Shown: piece by piece, positions 25,142-32,784 of the stretch
Position numbering within the stretch: position 1 is the stretch's first letter
Layout of the letters: each line of letters opens with the position of its first letter
NCBI GenBank assembly: GCA_002393975.1
Contig: DGSM01000045.1
Coordinates: 1-48,722 of the forward strand
Origin: Clostridiales bacterium UBA4362
GTDB lineage: Bacteria > Bacillota > Clostridia > TANB77 > CAG-508
Direction of reading: 5' to 3'
Length of the DNA: 48,722 nt
The notes under the pieces: model-generated
Told to the model about the DNA's origin: nothing
The model's database searches: none
The model's input: the letters and a program-made list of their open reading frames with translations, nothing else
Program-made: the position numbers and the translations under genes

Positions 25142-27364
25142 CTATATATTAGTTTTTATCAAATCTATTTTTAATACATTGATATCGAAATCATTCTTTT
25201 CGATTATAATGTAAATATTTTTTGGTTTTGTTTCTACGCTTGCTTTTACCTTTATTATTACTTCTGTTTCTTCATCCATTCCTGAAGGTAATGTTTTATT
25301 GAAATTGTCATAGAAAATTATGTTTGTAAGATAGATTAAATGTTTTTCTGAATTAATATCTATCATTCCAATTTTAGGATTCTCAGATGAACTATTTTGA
25401 ACAATCTTTAATGGATCCATATTTCCTATTACATATTTCTCAAAATCTGACTTTACATCTTCTGTTGAATCTATATTGTAATAAACCGGTATTTCTGCAA
25501 TAGCGGTTATCTTGTTATAAGCTTCATTTAGATATTTTATACATTCTTTAATTTTTTCTCTATATTCATCTATTGTTGTTTTCTTATTGAACTTTAATGA
25601 TGAATATAATTCTCTTTGATTTTCTCTATGTTCATTAGCTTTTAACTTCTTTAACTTAGTAAAATCATCTTGAATATTTCCTAATATTTCTTGTCTAATA
25701 TCTATATTACAATTTAGCTTTAGTTCCTCATATTGACTTTCGATTATCTTATCTAGTTCTTCTTTAATCTCAGGTTCTAATTTGTCTTCTTGTGATAATT
25801 TATCTTCAAGTATTAAAGCATTTATTGTTGACATACAAAATCTTGCAATAAAGACTGCTTTTTGTTCTTCTGTTGAAAGTTTTCTTCTTACTAAGTTGTC
25901 ACAATCTATTTTCAAATCTTGCATTTCTGTATTTAAATCATATGTTTTCAAAAGAGATGGCCTTTGTGTTTCTTCTTCTCCTTCTATTCCTTGTTCTAAA
26001 GCTGTTAGCTCATCTTTATTGGCAAATTTCCAAAATTCGAATATTGATTTCTTATGCTCTTCAATTTCATTTATGTATTTTTGAGCATTTTCAATTTTCT
26101 TTTCAAGATTTACCTTCTTTAATTGTGTAACTTTTAAATCAGCTTCAGAATTTTTTAAGTCATTTTCTGCCTTTGAAGAATCTATGCAAGCTTTAACTAA
26201 ATCTTCTATTGTCGAATTGTAATGTCTTAAGTCATCTTCCTCTTCGACTTTCTTTTTAGGTTCTTCCTTTTCTTTTTCTTTCGGAATTTCTATTTTAAAT
26301 CTTTGGCCTTTTTTTAGATAATATTTTAATTTTCCAAAGAAGCTTTTTCTACAATCTAAGAATAAAACAATTTGTTTTTCTAGCATTAAGTATGTTTCTT
26401 TTTTTAGTTTTATTTCTTCATTAAGTTTTTCATTTTGTTCTTTTATTTCTTTCATTGTTTTGTTGAAATCTGCTATCATTTGTTCTTTTGCATTTATTTG
26501 TTTTTCAATAAACTTTGAAAGATTATCAATTGTGATTTCTTCTTCTTTATAGCAATAGCCCAATCTTCCTTCTTTTGTGATTATTGGAGTAATGCTTTCT
26601 CTATAATTTGTTTGTGTTTCCAAAATAAATAATGCTTTTGTCAATGTATAAAATTCAAGTGCTTCATCTCTATTGTTTAACTCTATTTTGTATTTGCTCT
26701 TGAATCCACCATATACTCGAGTGCTTCCAATAATAGATAAGTTAGTATGTTTCTTTCTTGTAACTTCTATAGTAGTTGGCCACTCTTTAGTAAATAACCA
26801 AATATAATTTTCCAAATCAGTATTTTCAGAAAAAGTAAGAATATCCGATGATGGTTCTTGTAAACATATTGGAACAAATATCTTTTTGTTATTTCCAGAA
26901 AGCTTTTCTTTAATTAAATAAAACAAAGCTGATGAATTACCTTCCATTGATGGATATAACATAAAATATTTTTTATCTTCTTCTGAATAAAAGATTTGCC
27001 ATAAATAATTTTTAGGATATTTAATAAAATATGGTGTGTTTTTATTTAACTTTTCACATAGTTCACCTATCTCTTTTATTTGAGCTACGCTTGTCTCATT
27101 GATTATCTTTTCAAATTTGTCTTTAAAGTTTGTTATATAATCTTTCAATGAAATTGCTTTTCTATGTCTTTCTGAAATTTCTGTGGTTCTATCTGTATCA
27201 GAAATAAAGATTTCTATCTCATTTACTGGAATTTCTCTATATACCTTATAAAGTCCTGAATCATCATATGATTTTGCTGCTTTATACTTTGGTTTTGAGT
27301 ATTCTAGAAAGCGAGGCATTTTATTCAATTTTAAGCCGACATATTTTAAGACTTCGTCAGACAA
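25142..27364 (-). CDS. Orphan cytoplasmic protein (740 aa) with a central coiled-coil region
   Basis: Long ORF whose start overlaps the ThrRS-like stop by 19 nt. The central ~300 aa are heptad-like and K/E-rich (EQMIADFNKTMKEIKEQNEKLNEEIKLKKE...). The N- and C-terminal globular parts match no family I know. Confidence 0.8.
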   Translation of the reverse strand: MSDEVLKYVGLKLNKMPRFLEYSKPKYKAAKSYDDSGLYKVYREIPVNEIEIFISDTDRTTEISERHRKAISLKDYITNFKDKFEKIINETSVAQIKEIGELCEKLNKNTPYFIKYPKNYLWQIFYSEEDKKYFMLYPSMEGNSSALFYLIKEKLSGNNKKIFVPICLQEPSSDILTFSENTDLENYIWLFTKEWPTTIEVTRKKHTNLSIIGSTRVYGGFKSKYKIELNNRDEALEFYTLTKALFILETQTNYRESITPIITKEGRLGYCYKEEEITIDNLSKFIEKQINAKEQMIADFNKTMKEIKEQNEKLNEEIKLKKETYLMLEKQIVLFLDCRKSFFGKLKYYLKKGQRFKIEIPKEKEKEEPKKKVEEEDDLRHYNSTIEDLVKACIDSSKAENDLKNSEADLKVTQLKKVNLEKKIENAQKYINEIEEHKKSIFEFWKFANKDELTALEQGIEGEEETQRPSLLKTYDLNTEMQDLKIDCDNLVRRKLSTEEQKAVFIARFCMSTINALILEDKLSQEDKLEPEIKEELDKIIESQYEELKLNCNIDIRQEILGNIQDDFTKLKKLKANEHRENQRELYSSLKFNKKTTIDEYREKIKECIKYLNEAYNKITAIAEIPVYYNIDSTEDVKSDFEKYVIGNMDPLKIVQNSSSENPKIGMIDINSEKHLIYLTNIIFYDNFNKTLPSGMDEETEVIIKVKASVETKPKNIYIIIEKNDFDINVLKIDLIKTNI

Positions 27365-28566
27365 TTTTTAACCTCCTTAATAAAATCCTCTAGATTCATA
27401 CTATTTGTTGAATCCCCTTTTCTAACTTGTATGTTTTTGTTTTGATATTCTTTTTTTCCAATGGTTATGATATATGGAACTTTTAAATCTACAGCTCTAT
27501 ATAGTTTATTTTGAAAGTTACTAGAAGCATTATCAACATTTACTCTAATGCCATTTTCAAAAAGTGTCCTTCTAACTGATTTCGCATAGTCTTCAAATTC
27601 TTCTCCTTCTGGAATTATTTCAACTTGTGTTGGTGCAATCCATAAAGGAAAATCTCCTTCATACTTTTCCAAAAGAATCATGACTATGTTCTCATAACTT
27701 CCAACTGTATTAACATGTGTATAAATTGGAAATTCTTCTTCATTGTTTTTGTTAATAAACTTCAAATCGAATCTATGTACAATTTCAAAGTCAACTTGTA
27801 TATTTGAAAGTTCTCTCTCATTGTATTTTATTGAAATTGATGGCCCATATAGACGAGCTTTCTTATTCTCAGTATATTTGATCTTCAAATCATTAAGCGT
27901 GTATTTCATAATATCAATTATTTCACGCCATTCTTCTATTTGTCCTATATAGTTTTCTTTTTCTTCATACTTCCAATTTTGTAATTCGTAAGATACATCT
28001 AGTCCTAATCTATCAAAAATTTCTTTTTGCATTATTATTAGATTTTTTAAATCTCTATCGAAGTATTCTTTATCAGAAAATACACTTGCATCAGATAATG
28101 TAAATTGTCTTGACTTAACAATTCCATTAGGATCTCTTTCGTTTCTAAAAACTGTAGATGTCTCACAATACTTTACTGGCATTTCTTTGTATGTATGCTG
28201 TTTAGTTGCATATATACTGCAATGAAAAGGTTGACTATAAGGCTTTAAAACTATTGTATTTTTTTCTTGTTCATTTTCATTGTTTGATTTGATAGTAAAA
28301 ATGTTATTTTTGATTAGTTGCAAACGATCCTCAATTGAGTATATTTCAGCTCTTGAAGCAGATGGAGTTCTAACAACTAAAAATCTATTTCTTTCTTCTT
28401 CATCTTCAACATAATTACGTATAGTTCTTATGATTTTTGCTCCATTAGGAAGAATAATAGGAAATCCTTTGCCTATATAATCTATAGTAGTATATATTTC
28501 AAGCTTTTGGGCAAGTTTATTAAGCTCTAAATTTTCCATTTTATTCCTTTCAAAATTAGTAGACAT
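27346..28566 (-). CDS. Truncated ThrRS paralogue (class II catalytic core plus anticodon-binding domain; no TGS or editing domains) with eroded active site
   Basis: It aligns block by block with residues ~255-650 of the bona fide ThrS in this window.
- GFPIILPNGAKI / GLPLLLPDGATI
- LKPYSQPFHCSIY / LRPMNCPHHMLVY
- VFRNE...KSRQFTLSDASVF / DFRYE...RVRQMTQNDSHLF
- PIYTHVNTVGSYENIVMILLEKYEGDFPLWIAP / PVVIHRAILGSTERFMSFLLEETKGNLPLWLAP
- an anticodon-domain-like C-terminus

The likely true start is Met10 (ATG 28539..28537), which follows AAAGGA; the ATG at 28566 has no SD. Confidence 0.85.
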   Translation of the reverse strand: MSTNFERNKMENLELNKLAQKLEIYTTIDYIGKGFPIILPNGAKIIRTIRNYVEDEEERNRFLVVRTPSASRAEIYSIEDRLQLIKNNIFTIKSNNENEQEKNTIVLKPYSQPFHCSIYATKQHTYKEMPVKYCETSTVFRNERDPNGIVKSRQFTLSDASVFSDKEYFDRDLKNLIIMQKEIFDRLGLDVSYELQNWKYEEKENYIGQIEEWREIIDIMKYTLNDLKIKYTENKKARLYGPSISIKYNERELSNIQVDFEIVHRFDLKFINKNNEEEFPIYTHVNTVGSYENIVMILLEKYEGDFPLWIAPTQVEIIPEGEEFEDYAKSVRRTLFENGIRVNVDNASSNFQNKLYRAVDLKVPYIITIGKKEYQNKNIQVRKGDSTNSMNLEDFIKEVKNCLTKS

Positions 28567-28589
28567 TTTTCTAACAAATATACAATTGT

Positions 28590-28618
28590 ATTATAACATT
28601 AGGATTTTTAAATTAGAA
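28590..28618 (-). promoter_or_regulatory. Extended -10 promoter of operon A
   Basis: Minus strand reads TGTTATAAT (TGnTATAAT, 28598..28590) with a weak -35 TTCTAA (28618..28613). It lies immediately downstream of the GH13 terminator. Confidence 0.45.
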
Positions 28619-28700
28619 GACTTTGAGGTGGTTTTTTGAGGTTTGAATATTAAGTTTTTGTTACAAAAATGTTACATTAAAATTCAACGCAAGAAATACA

Positions 28701-28747
28701 TAAAAAATACGCAAAAAAGGAACAAGCCAAAGGTTCTGGCTTGTTCC
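28701..28747 (-). terminator. Intrinsic terminator after the GH13 gene
   Basis: 10-bp GC-containing stem ggaacaagcc (28719..28728) / ggcttgttcc (28738..28747). On the minus strand it is followed by UUUUUUGCGUAUUUUUU. Confidence 0.75.
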
Positions 28748-28750
28748 AAT

Positions 28751-30277
28751 TTAATTCTCTCTAGCGAATAGTACCCCATAAGGAGCTAAACGCTGCTTTG
28801 ATGAATCGTCTGTAGCATAAATTACTTTGAGATTTGAGCAATCATTTTTAATCCAAATTGGCGTTGGCTTGTATGATGTTGTTACTGCAGTAACCATTCT
28901 ATGACCGCTATAATCAAAGCGTTCAAGAATAATTGTGTTGTTGTCACATGTTGCAAGATTGCTATCGCCATCTGCAAATACATCGACATTGTCTTCGTAA
29001 ATCTTGTTCAATGTTGCAATATACGATTGCATACTCAAATTAGGATTGAACCAATTATATGGTTTTCTGCAGAATGGATCCTTAAAGCCGGTATCTCCAA
29101 TATCTGCTCCCTGCATTACACAAGGGATTCCTCTAATTGAGTACATCAATGCAAATGCAACTCTACTAAGTTTAAAAGCCAATTCATATTGCGTTGGTGT
29201 TAGTTGATCGTGCTCTGCTTCAAATAATCTGAACCCATAAGTATCAAATCCTCTAGAGCTTCTCCATGGATCTTCAATATCCCATATAGCTCCTTTAAAT
29301 ACATCAGGATTCATAATTGGTTGATTTCCTCTTAACTTGATATCAGCAAGCATCGTCATAGTAAGAGGCGTATCATGTGTCGCAATGTTGTTAAGTAGCA
29401 ATTTTTGTACAGTTTCAGGATACTCTGTATAGACTCTCTTAAAATTGTACTTGAAGTGTTCTGCATTTCCAAAGGCACACCATCTTAAGATGGCATCTGT
29501 CATTGGATAATTCATAAGACTGTCAGTCTGTCCATCAAAAATCTTTGGATCACTTCTAGATGTCGCGATTTCCCACATTTCCAAAACGAAAAGTATATAA
29601 GGAAATTCTTTTTTTAGGGTAGCCATTTCAAGTAGGAATTCTCTTGCTAAATTCATTCCAAGATCATACCTAAATCCATGTACTTTTCCCTTTACAATAT
29701 ATTTCCTTAAAATCTTTTTCATCTCAGAAATATAACTAGGATTTGCAGTATCAATTTCATAAAGATGTTTAAAACCGTACCAAGGAACTGGATTTCCGTT
29801 CTTATCCTTCTTGTACCATTCAGGATGAGTTTTGACATAAATGCTGTTACAACTTGTGTGATTAAAAACCACATCGACAATTACTGCGATTCCAAGCTTT
29901 TTGGCCGCTGTACATAAGCTTTCAAGATCATCCCAAGTTCCAAACCAAGGATCGATTTCAGATTGGTCACCGACATCATAATGATGATACTCCAAACTCT
30001 TATCAAGAGGCGATAAATAAATCATGTCGAACCCCATACCTTTGATGTATGAAAGTTTTTCCTCGACACCCTTTAAGTTACCGCCATAGTAATAATCGTT
30101 TGGAAAATCACCTTTACTATCAGGCTGCCAGTTAGGCATCCTATCTTTCCAATCTTTTAAAATTCTCCCCTTAATTGGGCTAGGTGGCTCTCCTGCTCTG
30201 TAAAAGCGGTCTACTACTATTTGAATACATTTTCTCCCTTTGAAGACATCACTAGTAGACTTCATCTTTCGTACCAT
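28751..30277 (-). CDS. Cytoplasmic GH13 alpha-amylase-family glycosidase (neopullulanase/cyclomaltodextrinase-like)
   Basis: The four GH13 conserved regions are present: DVVFNHTS, GFRYDLGMN, VLEMWE and NIATHDT. There is no signal peptide. Confidence 0.85.
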   Translation of the reverse strand: MVRKMKSTSDVFKGRKCIQIVVDRFYRAGEPPSPIKGRILKDWKDRMPNWQPDSKGDFPNDYYYGGNLKGVEEKLSYIKGMGFDMIYLSPLDKSLEYHHYDVGDQSEIDPWFGTWDDLESLCTAAKKLGIAVIVDVVFNHTSCNSIYVKTHPEWYKKDKNGNPVPWYGFKHLYEIDTANPSYISEMKKILRKYIVKGKVHGFRYDLGMNLAREFLLEMATLKKEFPYILFVLEMWEIATSRSDPKIFDGQTDSLMNYPMTDAILRWCAFGNAEHFKYNFKRVYTEYPETVQKLLLNNIATHDTPLTMTMLADIKLRGNQPIMNPDVFKGAIWDIEDPWRSSRGFDTYGFRLFEAEHDQLTPTQYELAFKLSRVAFALMYSIRGIPCVMQGADIGDTGFKDPFCRKPYNWFNPNLSMQSYIATLNKIYEDNVDVFADGDSNLATCDNNTIILERFDYSGHRMVTAVTTSYKPTPIWIKNDCSNLKVIYATDDSSKQRLAPYGVLFAREN

Positions 30278-30377
30278 CCTTTCCTATTTAGAAAACGACT
30301 CATCAGTTTATAGTAAACTTACTTATACTTTATATTCAATAAGGCTAAAAGTCAATAAATAGAAGACATAATTCTAT

Positions 30378-32336
30378 CTATTTTCTATCAATCTTTTTGT
30401 TTTCCAATTCCTTTGAAAGAACTTTTTCAAACTCTTTAAGAGACATAGAACCTAAATCACCTTCTCTTCTATTTCTTACTGAAATAGTGTCAGTTGATTC
30501 TTCTTTTTCTCCTACTACAACCATATATGGAATCTTCATAAGTTGAGCATTTCTGATTCTATAGCCAATCTTCTCATTTGAGGCATCCATTTGTACTCTA
30601 TATCCTAAAGATGCAATTTTTTCAGTTATTTTCTTACCATATTCTTCAAACTTCTCTGAAATTGGTAATACTCTAACTTGATGAGGAGCAAGCCATAGTG
30701 GTAAGTTTCCTTTTGTTTCTTCTAACAAGAAAGACATAAATCTTTCTGTTGAACCTAAAATTGCTCTATGGATAACTACTGGTCTATGTTCTTTTCCATC
30801 TTCTCCAATATAAGTTAGTTCAAATCTCTCAGGAAGAGCAAAATCTAATTGGCAAGTAGGTATTGTTACATCATGATTTAATGCAGTTTTTATTTGAATA
30901 TCAATCTTTGGTCCATAGAAAGCAGCTTCCCCTTCAGCTTCATAGAAGTCTAATTTTAACTCTTTCATTATTTGTCTAAGTTGTTCTTCAGCTGTATTCC
31001 ACATTTCATCATTATCAATGTATTTTACTTTATCATTAACATCTCTTAAAGATAATCTATATTTGAAAGCATCCTCTGGGAATCCAAAGTCTTCAACATA
31101 TACATCATGAATAAGTTTTAAAACTTGTCCAACTTCATCTTTAATTTGATCAGGTCTTACAAATAAGTGAGAGTCATTTTGAGTCATTTGACGTACTCTC
31201 TCTAATCCTAAAACAGCTCCTGAATCTTCATATCTAAAGTCATGTGCTATTTCTGCAATTCTTATTGGTAAATCTTTATAAGAATGTAATTCATTTCTAT
31301 AAACTAACATATGATGAGGACAATTCATTGGTCTTAAAACCATTTCTTCTTTATCCATCTTCATTATTGGGAACATATCATCTTTATAATGATCCCAATG
31401 TCCACTAGTTTTATAAAGATTAGTTGTAGCTAAACTTGGTGTAGCAACATGTGTATATCCTAAAGCGGTTTCTTTGTCTCTAATATATCTTTCAAGTATA
31501 TCTTTAATAGTTGCTCCATCTGGTAGTAATAGTGGTAGACCTGGACCTACTAATTCATCAGTCATAAATAGCTTAAGATCTTTTCCTATTTTTCTGTGAT
31601 CTCTTTCTTTAGCATCTTCTAACATTGCTAAATAATCATCAAGCATCGATTTTTTAGGAAATGAAATAGCATAAATTCTTTGAAGCATTTTGTTATGTTC
31701 ATCGCCTCTCCAATATGCACCACTTACTGATAATAGTTTTACAACCTTTACTTTTCCAGTACTCTCTAGATGAGGGCCAGCACAAAGATCAGTAAATTCT
31801 CCTTGTTTATAGAAAGATATAGTTTCATCTTCTGGTAAATCTTCTATAAGTTCTACTTTGTATGGCTCTTTAGCATCTATGCAAAACTTAATTGCTTCTT
31901 TTCTAGGTAATTCGAAACGTTCAATTTTTAAATCTTCTTTGATTATTCTGTTCATTTCTGCTTCAATTTTTTCAAAGCTTTCACTAGAAAATTTTATTTC
32001 ATCTGAATCAAAGTCATAATAGAAACCATTCTCTATTGATGGTCCTATGCTTAATTTGACTTTGTCACCATATAATCTTTTGATTGCTTGTGCCATTATA
32101 TGTGAGGTGGTGTGCCAGTATGCTTTCTTACCTTCAACGTCTTCTGAATCAAAGGTTAATAATTCTAAACTTGCATCTTTGTAAACGGTAGTTCGAAAAT
32201 CAACTATCTTGCCGTCTAGCTTAGCACAGGTTGTAGCTCTTGCAAGTCCTTCCGAAATTGCTTTTGCGATTTCTAAAACTGTTAAACCTGATTCAACTTC
32301 TTTTATTGAACCATCTTTTAAAGTGATTTTAATCAT
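30378..32336 (-). CDS. thrS: Threonine--tRNA ligase, full length (TGS, editing, catalytic and anticodon-binding domains)
   Basis: 652 aa. N-terminal TGS-like MIKITLKDGSIKEVESG. Editing-domain HxxxH (HTTSHIMAQA). Zn-ligand contexts MNCPHH, NDSHLF and VIHRAILGSTERF. Motifs 2 and 3 are intact. Confidence 0.95.
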   Translation of the reverse strand: MIKITLKDGSIKEVESGLTVLEIAKAISEGLARATTCAKLDGKIVDFRTTVYKDASLELLTFDSEDVEGKKAYWHTTSHIMAQAIKRLYGDKVKLSIGPSIENGFYYDFDSDEIKFSSESFEKIEAEMNRIIKEDLKIERFELPRKEAIKFCIDAKEPYKVELIEDLPEDETISFYKQGEFTDLCAGPHLESTGKVKVVKLLSVSGAYWRGDEHNKMLQRIYAISFPKKSMLDDYLAMLEDAKERDHRKIGKDLKLFMTDELVGPGLPLLLPDGATIKDILERYIRDKETALGYTHVATPSLATTNLYKTSGHWDHYKDDMFPIMKMDKEEMVLRPMNCPHHMLVYRNELHSYKDLPIRIAEIAHDFRYEDSGAVLGLERVRQMTQNDSHLFVRPDQIKDEVGQVLKLIHDVYVEDFGFPEDAFKYRLSLRDVNDKVKYIDNDEMWNTAEEQLRQIMKELKLDFYEAEGEAAFYGPKIDIQIKTALNHDVTIPTCQLDFALPERFELTYIGEDGKEHRPVVIHRAILGSTERFMSFLLEETKGNLPLWLAPHQVRVLPISEKFEEYGKKITEKIASLGYRVQMDASNEKIGYRIRNAQLMKIPYMVVVGEKEESTDTISVRNRREGDLGSMSLKEFEKVLSKELENKKIDRK

Positions 32337-32381
32337 AACTTCTTTTCCTTTCTTTTTAATATTTGTTACCCTATAATACGC

Positions 32382-32416
32382 ATAAAAACAATAGGTAACG
32401 TTATGTCACCTATTGT
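32382..32416 (-). terminator. Strong intrinsic terminator between the small membrane-protein gene and thrS
   Basis: Minus-strand RNA reads ACAAUAGGUGAC-AUAAC-GUUACCUAUUGU, a 12-bp stem with one G-U pair, followed by UUUUUAUG. It ends only ~45 nt before the thrS ATG. Confidence 0.7.
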
Positions 32417-32443
32417 ATCATGTTTAATTGTTTTTAGCAATAA

Positions 32444-32764
32444 CTATCGAACTTTTTGAATAAGTTCAGGAATGTAATCCCATCCTAAAGCAATTGCTAT
32501 TATAAAAACTTCTAAAAAGAATGTAAGTGGAATTACAACTTTAATGAATTTACTTTCTGTTCTATAATCATACATTCTTGTAGATACTACTATTCCAATA
32601 TATCCAGATAGTAAGTTTAATATCATTAAAATAATATTATTATATTTATCATCCCATTTTATTAACTCTGTTTGAGATAAAACATAAATGTATGCAAATG
32701 TTATTAAATTAACTACAACTATAACTCCAATTAGTTTTGGAACAATACTAACAAAATCTATCAT
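32444..32764 (-). CDS. Small polytopic membrane protein (possibly DUF1294-like)
   Basis: 106 aa with three hydrophobic segments. WDDKYNNIILMILNLLSGYIGIVVSTRMYDYRTESKF loosely resembles the DUF1294 DK...GG..G....F.HKT.K..F pattern. Confidence 0.6.
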   Translation of the reverse strand: MIDFVSIVPKLIGVIVVVNLITFAYIYVLSQTELIKWDDKYNNIILMILNLLSGYIGIVVSTRMYDYRTESKFIKVVIPLTFFLEVFIIAIALGWDYIPELIQKVR

Positions 32765-32784
32765 ATTTTTCTCCTTTATATATT

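Noticed and set aside
1-28620. Whether the island is a recognisable mobile element (prophage, ICE or transposon).
   Set aside because: I found no integrase, transposase, recombinase, tRNA attachment site or flanking direct repeats in the window. The left border lies outside the window, so mobility cannot be assessed.
28567-28750. I looked for a T-box or other riboswitch leader upstream of the ThrRS-like gene.
   Set aside because: The region is occupied by the GH13 terminator and a promoter only ~25-50 nt from the likely start codon. No T-box core sequence is visible.
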